From Botryllus schlosseri (taxonomy: Eukaryota), in the NCBI GenBank assembly GCA_051294905.1, contig CM119382.1, positions 12,958,001 to 13,022,000 of the forward strand: a DNA stretch of 64,000 bases, written 5' to 3'. Made by a program: the position numbers and the translations under genes. Shown one piece after another: positions 12,401 through 24,400 of this stretch. The first letter of the stretch is position 1; every line of letters starts with the position of its first letter. The notes beneath the pieces were generated by a model, which saw nothing but the letters and a program-made list of their open reading frames with translations, was not told where the DNA came from and searched no databases.

Positions 12401-15400
12401 ATGCCTAGTATCATTAGTTTGAGTTTAGGTGAGGGCGGCGCACCATCACGTTTTCTAAAACGGCGTGTTCGGGAAACAAAGATTAGTGTTCACAGTGATT
12501 TCCATAGTGCATCCCATGATGCGGACGAATGCTTATGCACTCGGAAATTGATATCTCATGTGATGCATCAATATGAATCAAGGTCTCTGCACCTTCCGTA
12601 TAGCTCAATTTGCACCTTTTGGCATGCAGTCCATGCGAACGTTATATGACCGTTTTAAAAAGTACTCACTTACTTGAGTAGATTTTAACCCAATAAATTA
12701 TACTTCAACTTCAAGTGGTTTTAGTTTGCTTTCAAAAAGACTACTTTTACTAGTACTTGAGTAGATTTTTGCGTCGCTACTTCTACTTCTACTTGAAATG
12801 GTTGCAGGCTGTTTGGTTTCTAAAAACACTACTGGTATTGATACTTTCAGTCGAATTTTGCGTCGCAAATCCTACTTCTACTTGAGTAGCCTCCTCGACT
12901 ACTTTGACCACCTCTGTGTATATATGATGGTCATTTAAACGTCACTGTGGCATATAATTTTCAAAAGTAAATTAGTAATAGTGTTGGAGTCGGAGTTGGA
13001 GTCGGAGTCGGAGTTCTCTTAAGAAAACGGTCGGAGTCGGAGCCGGAGTCGGAGACGGTATATTGAAATTGTGTGGATGTTTGACCAAATTTGAACCTAA
13101 TGTATGCAAATTAGGCGTTTTCCAACATAACGTTAGAATTGTACTACTTATCTTCATTTCTGGTTGGAATTGTCTGTCCTTACGAGTAATTTGATTTAAA
13201 AACTGACAAATTTTTACATCAAAAAACTTCATTTTAACGAAATCTGGACCAGTAGTTACATCACGCCTTATGGTAGAAATAATTAAAATTTGTTGTAGTA
13301 CAACGAACGATAATTTCCTGCATTCTCGGATAGAAAGTGTCTGCTCTTACTAAGTAGCTTTCCAAGAATGGAGAAAGAACGTTCAACAGCAGCAGTTGTT
13401 GGCTGGCAACACTGAAGTTGTGCGTACACTGCTGGTGACACAACGTGCTGCATTCTGACAATGTTGTCTACCTATGCATCACAATTTTTCATCGTACGCT
13501 TCTTGATATAAAAACCAATGCCAACGCAGTCTTGTTTCAGTTACGATATTGCAGTACGTTGAGCATAACACCATGTCAACCAATTTGTTTCATTTGACCG
13601 TTTATGATTCACAATGAACCGACAATGGGCCGTCTACAACGGTAGGCCTATAAAGTAGGCTACAAGCTGTAAAATGTCAAAAGATAAGTTCATCCATGGC
13701 CTTTATATTGGCTGTGATTCATTGACAGTGCAAACATCTACGATACAAACGAAATGCAGGTTGCAAAAAGAATTTTGACTTTATAGACAATTCTGACAAT
13801 TCTTTGACCTAACTCTACAATTTTGACAAACTTTTGACTTATGTTGACATGTCAAAAAAAACGCCCTATTGATAATATAATGATCATCATTATTGAAAGC
13901 TGAAGGAATTATATCATTACAGATGGATATAGATTTAATGCATTTTCACGAACAATGGAACCCCAACTTAAAAATCGAATTTGGTATGTGGCTCTTTGGA
14001 CAAACTGCTACTTTTACATGGATGAAGCTCTTGCATCTGTTAGCAAAATGAGTTGTACATGAGTTGTATATAGGTTTTCGAAACCGTTGGCTAATATTGA
14101 CGCTTGTCTATGTATTCCCTAAATTGTTAAAGTAACACGCAAAAAAAAAACGCCTTCTATCTAATACCATTATACGGGATTGAGTTTTATAATCCAAAAG
14201 GTGTTCTTTTACACTTTCGTGCTTTCGAAAATCAGGGAAAGGATTACAAGCCATTTGATATCATCCTAATAAGTATCCATATGTGGGTTTTACGAAGTGT
14301 GCAAACATCGACTTTTCTCGTCACTCCGTGCCGTTCCGATATTCTGACAAGTCTTTGCGTTAGATTTCAAACAATCTGGTGAAATTATCGCAATATTACA
14401 CAGATTTTGTGATTCTACAAACATGTCGCCATTGTGCGTCTTTACATCAAGGGAGTAGGCGAACATGGTCTTTTGAAACGCCGACATTCAGACATTCTCA
14501 AATACCGCAAAATTCGGTTCTTTTTCAGATTTGTAACGTTACCGATATCACATTTATACAATACTGAAAAAAAAAAAATTCATTATGTGTAGCCGCTCAT
14601 CTCCATATCAAAGAGGCCGCGGCCGAGGCACTTCAAACGTCATAATCGTCGATGACAAAGATTACTACAACTCGTCAACGCCATAATGTCAAATATTGGT
14701 TAGCATTCTCAAACAGCTGCGCTTGTCGCGAAAATAAAATTTCAGTGATCGCGAGGATCATATTGATCAGCGTGTTTATATGGTCCGTGTACGTAAATAG
14801 CAAACTGTACAGGATAAATTTAGTTCAAAGCCACGCAGAACTGGAAAATTGATGACCCATCAGGGGCCGCTAGCTCATGTACCTCAAATTTATTATTCCG
14901 AATATTGCGACATCATTAGATAATTTGAAACTATTTTCGCTCCTACATAGACCGGAAATGAAACATTATAAAATCGACACAGGTTTTAGCATGTATTTTG
15001 CTTAAAATACCCTTGCACGACTGAAATACACTATCACTATTCCTAACGCAAATTCTTACCCGGAATCGTTGAAATGGATTTTCTAGTGCTACTTCGGTGA
15101 ATATAATCTCAATGATAATAGCCATATATCAATTTTCGAAGACTTGTCATAGTCCGACCAGTCACGCGCAAGAATATTTGTCAGTATTCAAGGGGACTAA
15201 TGCCGCTATACTCGAATTGCACGATACGGGATATTTGATAAATATGTCAGGTGCGCACCGAAATTCGTGAGAATATTCTTTGTTCGAAATATAAATCATC
15301 GTCATTAGCTGTCAGATTTTCGAGAATGTAGGCAAATATCATCAAGCGTCGTGAAAAAACGATTGTAAAACCGACCTAAAGAAAGGCCGAGAAATCAGTT

Positions 15401-18400
15401 ATACATAGCATTCTACTATAACGTGGATTCCGCCGAATTCCTTAGTCTTCTTTCGTGTAGTATGGTCCTCATGTTTATTTTCGAGGATATCTTACTTTGT
15501 ACGTGCTCATTAACCGTGATGCAAATGACCGACAGGTGATAAGCACCAAATCTTTTTGTTTGCTAAGCAACAAATTGCAAGATAACGTCCGCAGTATACC
15601 TAGAATTTAGGTCTTATAAGCCAAAGTATTACATGCCACGGATTATTGCATAGTAGCCCTTTGGATTTCAAGTCGTTTATCTTGTCCTGCATCGCTCTCA
15701 AAGACAGCTTCATTACAGCACTCATTAATATCATACCGCACAGTGGAATAATTTAATGGAATCTTATAACATTACGATTATTCGAAAGTGGAACTGCGTT
15801 ACCGGTCGACGATTAATTTATTGGAATATATAGAAGGCTCCCGTTCAAATGCATCGACTAAATTCAGAATTCGTGCCACTGAGAATTTGGTGTCGCATTA
15901 ACATTTGAGGACGTAATTCACGGACAATGCGACATTTGAGCGAGTAACAAAATAAACTTCGCACACTGGCAATTCTCTAGGAACACGGCACGACAATTGG
16001 TACCAAGCGGGCAAGAATGATGATTACAAACGAGAAAGCGAGCAGCCAATCATTGATTGTTCCTACGTCCGACACAGTGCGTTTCTGACTTCGCATTGAG
16101 TAGGTCGCATCGCGGCAATTGTTTGTTGCGGCGATTTAGGCTGCATTGCTCATTCCCGGATATACGTTCGCAAAGCATTACTGGAGTAACAATTACGGGC
16201 AGGAATAAATTCCTGTTCCAATCGAGGCATATACAGTAATACACTGTCCAATTTCGCGCTCCGATAAAAATACCTGAAAAGGGTTCACAACACATTTTGA
16301 ACGTGGGTTGCGGCGTTTATCGATGCAAATACAATTTAATTGAGGATAGGAGAACCTACATTTGATCGTCAAATTGTTATATAGGCTTATCTCAGCGCAC
16401 TTGTCGAAATCGACATCTCTAACGACTTCGCGTTTTTATCCTGTTCTTCTTGAAATGACCGTGATCCGGTCCGAAAAACAGCGATAATCATCCACGAGTA
16501 CTTATTTCTAGTCAACTACAAAAGAGTAGATTATGCGATACTGGTTCAGGTTATATATTGAATATTGCATAAATGTGACAATAAAAACTCAGTTTTGTAT
16601 TGAGCAAACGTTCGTATTGGCGGCCAGTGGCTAGTAAGTGGTACAAAAGTCAGCTCATCAATAGCCTCAATGATGATTCGAAAGAGTACGATCCGGCTCC
16701 GATCCGACCGCGGCCGTATCAAAAAGTGTGACTCCCGCTTCGAACCGTCTCCGGCCAAAAATGAAAAATATCCGACCGGATATCCAGTCCCGCTTCGGTC
16801 CATGCCCCGCTCTAACGGCTATATAACAACATAGCATAACGTAGATCATATAGCCACCATTGTACAAAATTAATGAGTTTTGAAATTCAGGAATACAGAA
16901 GTTTAGTTGTTAACATAACGTACAGATTATCGTGCACGGGGCTTGGCATATTTGTCCTGGTTAACCTTCGAAGTAGATATTGTCCCTAATACATTTAAGT
17001 GCTTCATTAACTAATGACGAGCCCGTAGTCTCATGATTCGTAGTATTCACTAGTAAATAAATATAATTAGTTATTTTGAATGATAAAAGAAATATTGAAT
17101 GGTTGATTTTCAATGTGAGGAAGAAATATATTACGGTGTGTTAAGTATGATGAAACGTCTAACCATACACGTGCTTAGTTTCTATATATTACATCGAGAA
17201 TTGATCGCGTACAATGTATGCTAGGTATAGCCTGTATGTTTATAATCGGAAAAATACACAAACATGTAGGTTTTATACAGGTATGTAAATGTGTCTATCC
17301 AAATTAGGCCACAAACTTAAATTTGATTTGATAGTGTCGTATTACTCAAGAATTACTCGCGAACGACGTCCTTAAATATACGTATGCTTTCATTTAAGTT
17401 ATCAGTTTTTGTTGCACATGTCCCAACAGCTTCCGAGACCAAATACGTTTATGTAATATACAAAACTTAATGATGCATAGATCGCTGTCTACATCATGGA
17501 TAATCCGTGATTCAAATACACATATGGGAGAACACGTAATCAAATATTTGAACTCACGTGTGATCCAAAAAAATCAATTTCATATCCAAGCTCGCCCTGA
17601 ACATGAACATGTTGCTGTGTAATTTCACTTCCGTGACGGATGTCGAGGGTAAGGACTGGCCGATCGCCACAAGACCAATGTTTTGATAACATCCACCCAC
17701 TCTTGGCGTTTCGTATTGATTCAACGGTGAATCGTAATGAGTGTATACTGAGTATCGCACTTTCAAATACCCGGTACAATGAATCACCTTTGAAAAGAAT
17801 GGTGTGGATTCGGAATACAAAGCTGGAATAACACCGTAGCATAAAGCTACCAAACGGAGGCATAAACCAAAGATGAAAGTAATGAATATTATATCTTGCA
17901 CTGTACCAAGTACAATACATATACCAAGATCGAAGACTTTGAGTGTCAAACGCTGAGCGTGTTCATTTGAATACTACACAATACAATCGTACTTCGTGTA
18001 CTTGTTCCTGTTATTTCAATAGGGCCTACTACGAAAATCCATGTTACCAAGCGTCACGAAACATACGAATGAATTCATTACTTTGTATCCCCCATTCGTT
18101 AAACCGGAATTGCGCTTCGCGAGAACACATTTCATCCGTATCATGAAGGCACGTTGAACTTCGTACTCGGGGTAGAATTGAGGGAACACTGCACTCTGCA
18201 AGAAAATGGTTAAATGGTTATTAGTGGCTGGCTGTATTAATCACTGCGGGGTATCGGGGGGAGGTCGACAAATATAATGGGATGGAAATATATCGAAATA
18301 CTATGCTCATGAAGAGACTTTAATATGTATAGAGGTGGTCAAAATTGTAATAGTCGGTACCCAATTAGAAGTACGCCGTAAAATTATAATTAGCTACAAC

Positions 18401-21400
18401 CAGACCTAGTGATTAAGGCCTAGTTGTGCCTGAAACTGAAAAATGTCGAGTAGAAGTTGAAGTAGTGTAAAATCACTTGAGTATCCTATAAAACGTAGAA
18501 GTACGTTGTTACTGACCACCTCTATATATACAGGGATATCATATGTCCTTTCTTGAGGGGATTTATCCTCTTTTTTTTAAGAAATGTAAATTGTCCTTTT
18601 TTCGCAATTCGTCCTCTTTTCATAGCCTTGATAATTAGGCGATTGTAAAAAGACCACAAAAACTGTAATAATAGATGTGAAAACTGGATTTCGACGGAAT
18701 TGAAGGAAATATAGCATGGAATTTACGCAGGAAACACCTATCGCTGATAGGCTGACAAAAACTATGCCGACAAATGGTCAACCCCAACCGATTGTACGTG
18801 GATGGGAGCGAGTCTTTCGGGAGTCGAGTCGGAAAAATATCGTTTTCTTTAGTTAATCCAGTCAAAATTGGACGCGGAAACCGGTTTTTAGGTACCGAAA
18901 TCTGGCCGCTCTAGTTTGAAAGACAATCTACCCTTGAATTCGATTCATCAATTAGGATTGGTAACATCCGGTATAAATCATCTGTACCGAATCGTACCTT
19001 GCATTTATGTGGTCAAATAGGTTTGTAGGAAATATCAAAATGATGTGGAGTATTACCAATAATAAGTTTAAATTTTCCGTGTTATAGGCATAATGTGACA
19101 GTAAAGTTCCAAGTTTGTACGCCGCTTCAGTTTGCTTCGCATGGTATATATTATAAGTTTGTTGACTATTTTTGACGACAACGGATGGTGAAATCATGTC
19201 TATAAGCTGTTCAATTTCAGATTGGAGTCCTCCAGGGTTGGATGGAACAGGCTCTTCAATATGATTTGAAGGAACAATATAATATAGAATAGTAAATTGC
19301 CGGTAGCATTTTTTTAAAATAGTTGTAGCACCAATCCAATTATTAATGTTTTTTTTTTCATCGCGATCCCACAAACCTTTTGAGTGGTTGCGTGGACTCC
19401 CAATTGTGACCAGGACCGAAATAATTTTCTCAACTGCACAACCAGCAAGGTTATATTCTGAGTAGCCTAAATAAATCGCTCATTGCCAATCCTACTCACG
19501 GCCTGATGACTGAGAATGTCATCACTTTTACCCAGCCTTCTTTCCGGCCTGATTACTGGGATTGCAATTACTTGTGTTCGTATCGTTTGTGTGGCTATTG
19601 TGACCGTCGGCGAGAACCAGAAATAAGACAAAATATGGATTATGGACATAGGCCAAAGATCTTATAATTAAGGACACTGTAGTTCTAGTTTTATAGTTTA
19701 TAGTTTCATGGTCTTTCATTGACCCCTTAACCTTGGTCAGACGAACCCCCTAGACTAAGAACCCCTGCACCAATCCCTTGATGTCGAAATTTTCACACTT
19801 ATGGATTTGGCTTAACCATCGCTCAATCACGCGATTTTTCAATCTGCAATTTCTCGAATAAGCGAAATGACTTATTCAGCACTACCTCATGTCTGTATAA
19901 GTGTTCATTTGTTCAACGATTTTTACGATGTAGCAAACGTACCGGGCATGGTGGCGGAGGAGGCGTCAGAATGTGATTCAGCTCGTCGTGGTCTTCCGTT
20001 TTTATGTATTCATAAATACTATTGCCGGTCAACTCAACCTGCAATCCACACATTATTCAATGAGATATTCAAAACTTCCTACACGCGAGACTCGACCTGT
20101 GACAATCCTAGATTCACGGAGGCGGTCTCCGAAATATAAATAATCTTTCCGTTCGGTCCAAGAATAAATAAAAATCCGTCTAAACTTTTCAGTAGCAGGG
20201 AGCCAAGAAGATCGCGTTCGATGTCAATTCCGTTCGGATACCTTGTTCTTGGCCAATAATGCGGCGGTCTGTGACGAGCGGGATCTGGAAAGCATTCAAA
20301 CCGTGTTATCTATCCGCTGGTTAATTGATATACCAGCCTTGACTAAGTTCTAATATAAGCTCATGTAATATTTCCTTTTTTGTAAGATTCCTATCTCATT
20401 GGATAACAGTACAGTGTACATTACATGAAGTCTAAGAGTCATCGATTTTTGAGGTATACCCTGAACGTTTCTTGGGATTCCGTGGTGGAATTTTGTTACT
20501 GACTTCTACTTTTGAGCAGCCACATAGAAGTTTCTTAGGCGGCCCGGGGACACTTTACCTCGTAGTCGGCGTTGGCCGCCATATTTTATTGGTTATATAA
20601 GGACGAAATTAGTATAAATATATATTTGCTCTTATGTATCTACAATAGTACATGTTCTTCTGGCTATCAGTTCTTCTATCATATGATGCAGAATTTTTAA
20701 TATATATGCTACTCATTATGTGACCGATGGTCATAATGAGCACTGCTGACGAGAAAGTTAGACGGGAAAATTATTCCTGTAGGAATTGCAAAATAACAAA
20801 ATTTAATTACAATCATGGCGAGGGCTATTTGACTATGCTATACTAACGAGCTTCTTCGTTCTACGGCCAACTTGTTGTTCCAGTTGCAGATTAATATTAC
20901 AATTGAAAATTGGGTAAATACGGGTCCTTTGACGAAAAAGACTTCCAACCTCTGTCTGAAACGTACCAAAAGGGATCTTTAGGCCCATTTACATGACAGT
21001 TTAAGTCAGCTTCGAAGCTGACTCGTCGATCCGACTCTCTCGTATTCGATGAAAAGAGAAAGGCAAACTGATTCAAGTCGACTCGAGCCTCAAGCTGTTG
21101 TGTAATGTGGTTTACGATCGGCTTGAGTATTTGGTCATCGGCGTCCGGCGATTTTCGTTTGACGGCGCTGGTTTTTGCCGCGCGGGCTCTTGGCATCGTA
21201 ATTCATGTTTTTCATCTGATGTTGAGAAATTGGGCAAACATGGCAAGGAAAAGTGGGGTTACTTTGTAAGTGCTCGCTTGTTTACGATGGAATATATGTA
21301 GTACACCAGTACCGGAGTAGCAACCGTGCTCTTTTAGGGCAGTTTTATATTTGATATTTGGCTGCGACGCTTCGATCTGTAGTAGCCTAGTTGCTATCAT

Positions 21401-24400
21401 CAGCTACATAAAATGGCTAACAAGGTAAAACGTTGCATCTGTATTTCAACTTCTCAGACTACAGTTCGGAAGAGATGTGGATTGTACCGGTACTACAATT
21501 CGACTACGACATGCATAGTGAACTGATGGAAGAAGCGGCCTTGCAGTGTGCTATATCGATACGGAAATACATGAACGATTGCTGCATTTCGTACATAGGC
21601 CTACTGTTCCACTGGATAAACTGATGTGAGCGCGCATGTGATGGGATGGAGCTGGTGTCTCTCCCGGGTGGATGATATGGAGATTTGTGACTCTCCTGGT
21701 GATGATGAAGCGCAGCGGTGTTAGGATTATTGCTTTGTTTTTAGTTCTGGATTCTGGGTTATAGTGTTCTGCTGATATGATGCAGTCGTGCGGATGTTCA
21801 CGATTTTCAGCTTGCCGTTTTGATATTGTATTCATGGTAGCCTATGTGATTGTGAGGGTGCTGAAATTGACACTTCTCAAAGTTTAATTGGTGGGTAGCA
21901 ATTTAGTAGTAGTGCTCTATATTGCTCTTTATGACAGGTTTTATAGACATTCTTGGTATTGTTAACTTCCTATTTGGTATATCATGCCGACAAGATGCTT
22001 CAATAAAATCTCTGCAGTAGTTCCTGTATCGTGACTGACTCTTAAGTCACAGGCATACATGGGGTAGTCTGTTACAGTGGAGCGGCCGAACAACTAGAGG
22101 CCACATGGGGTTTGCAAGTGGGACACTTGAGTGTTAATGACCTTATTTTAATCGCATCGACAAGTGATGCCTGACATATCAAAACAGTCGTTACTCCCGC
22201 CTATACTCCACGGCCCATCTTCGTTGACGCCGAAAAAGCTAGCTGATAACTTATACTTGTTGTCTTCCTCTACAATCATGATATGAACAAGATTATTTTC
22301 CTCTACAAATATCGATATTATGAGTATCTCATCATCCTCGTTAATTTCGAGGATAAGAAACGTTTCAGAGTACGACCAAACACACATTGTTGTTGTACCT
22401 TTGCCCACCAAACTTACTACGAATATATATTTGTAAGGGGTGAAGCGACACCGGGTCTTCCACGATACAGCTTCCTGAAAGATCATGTAAACAGGGCCCT
22501 TTAACGAGTCAGCTTGGAGATGAGACGTGACGTCACCGGAGACGACTTGAACGCCAAGTCGAGTCGAACATGTAACCAGGCCTAATGACAGGGACTACAT
22601 CGTTATGCAGCATTTTTACGGTCAGCGGTTACCATCATCAGAACATTCATTTCATTCCAATGATATATAACTATACGTCCGATATCTGTTTTTAACCATA
22701 CCATATAGTATATACGTCGACTATATCGTCCGCAGGCTCATGCTGTAACACGAGAAATGTTTCATTGTTGATGAGCTCAATAGTGACTTTAGTGGCTATC
22801 GGTAACTCGCGTGATTTGTAAATCAGTTTGTATTTTGGTGCTGGTAATGATTTTTTGTCAGTGATTCAAAGTAGTATAGATTAGGGATATACGGGCTTTG
22901 ATTATTGTATTGCTTGGCGCATCATTGATATAATTGTCATTATTCATTTAGATCAGGGGTTTTCAACCTGGGGGGCGCGCCCCCCTTGGGCGCATGCGGC
23001 CATAGATAGGAATTTGCGCGGCCTTCGACGCCTAATTCAATTAGTATGTGTTGGCAGCCGTAGACATGCAAATTGCAATTACGAATCCACTCCCGAATTT
23101 TCGAGAGATCTTATTTAATCTTGAAATTTTCTTCGCGCTCCGCGCAATTCAACAAGACTTCAATTTTCGATTTCATGCAGTAGCGCCCTTCTTAATTGGA
23201 GCAGGAATTGAAATCATCAAGAAATAACAATTCATTCGCGGCTCTGAAAAATTTTCGCGCTCCGCGCGACAATATGCACTCCCAGTAACTACGCATAACA
23301 TTGCCACTCGCAATTTAGGTGCGTACAATAGGTCGTTGTGAAAAGTAGAATAGTCCGGAGTTCTCCGGGAATGGATATGGACAGTTTACCATAGGCATTT
23401 TGCGTCCAGATCGTTCATTGCGGCTATGAACGGGAATGCGGCCTTATAGGCTACAAAAGTAATCGAAATGCGGCCATGATTAGCAGGAAGGTTGCCCACC
23501 TCTGTATTAGATGATGTGCTCTTTTTGACACGACGATAAATGTAAGGTGGGTCAGGGAGCGCGATTTTTCTGACCATCGCCAAGGGGGGCGCGTGTGAAA
23601 AAAGGTTGAGAACCGCTGATTTAGATTATATGTTTGACCTAGAGAGTTAACTGTTGTTAACCTATTTGTAACCGCAACCTTGAACTTGACGTGGACTTTC
23701 AATTGATAAATTTGTGACTCTATAATTATTCTGTAATAATTTGAATTAATTTGTCCGTGTCTCACGAGTCAGGGGTGGACTCGGTTATAGGACGCATAGA
23801 AAGTGAGGTAGTGGTTTGAGTTGAGTTAACAAGCTAAGAAGCTACTCGACAAGTCTAAGTTGATACAGTCAAGTCTCTAATCGAGCCAAATATAACGTAC
23901 TAACGTTGGAACTAGGCGACGACCAAAAGTAATTCATACATGCTACATGCTTTTCCGAAAGTATTTATACACTTATGGCCTACTTTTACAGCTTCTGAAG
24001 AAAAAGAAAATAATTTCCTAATGCCATTTGTTTTAATACACCATTTGTTTTAGATGTAACCCTAGTTATAGCAGTACAATTGTTGGAGCTCTGTAATTTA
24101 TAAATATTGATTTCAAAGGATAGCCGACTGCTCGTCAGAAAGTAGAATTGATTGCATTCGCAAAACTGGTTGGAACGATATGGGAATTAGCTCGACATCG
24201 CGGTTTCAAAAATGTGTTTGCAAATTGACGCGAGATGATATATTCTTTCATTTTACAACGCCTGGATGTCCCTCATTAAGGTGAGCAATGAAAGAGAAGA
24301 TAGGTGTGAAGTGATCGATAATTACTCGGCAAACATATTAAGCGGGTTACTTCATCATATGACGCTCAAAGCGAGATCCCGACGCCTCGTTTGTCGCTAC

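Noticed and set aside
19500-19600. Possible extra Sim exon ending SHQA/GTGAGT
   Set aside because: No phase-0 acceptor gives a stop-free exon, and 19943->18195 already joins in frame with a SIM-like length
19990-20010. Apparent frameshift in the Sim PAS-A exon
   Set aside because: Recounting the homopolymer (5 T on the plus strand) keeps the frame: [11 protein letters not shown]
20712-20740. Hairpin CTCATTATG...CATAATGAG as a possible miRNA precursor
   Set aside because: The stem is too short (about 12 bp) for a pre-miRNA and the sequence is single copy in this window
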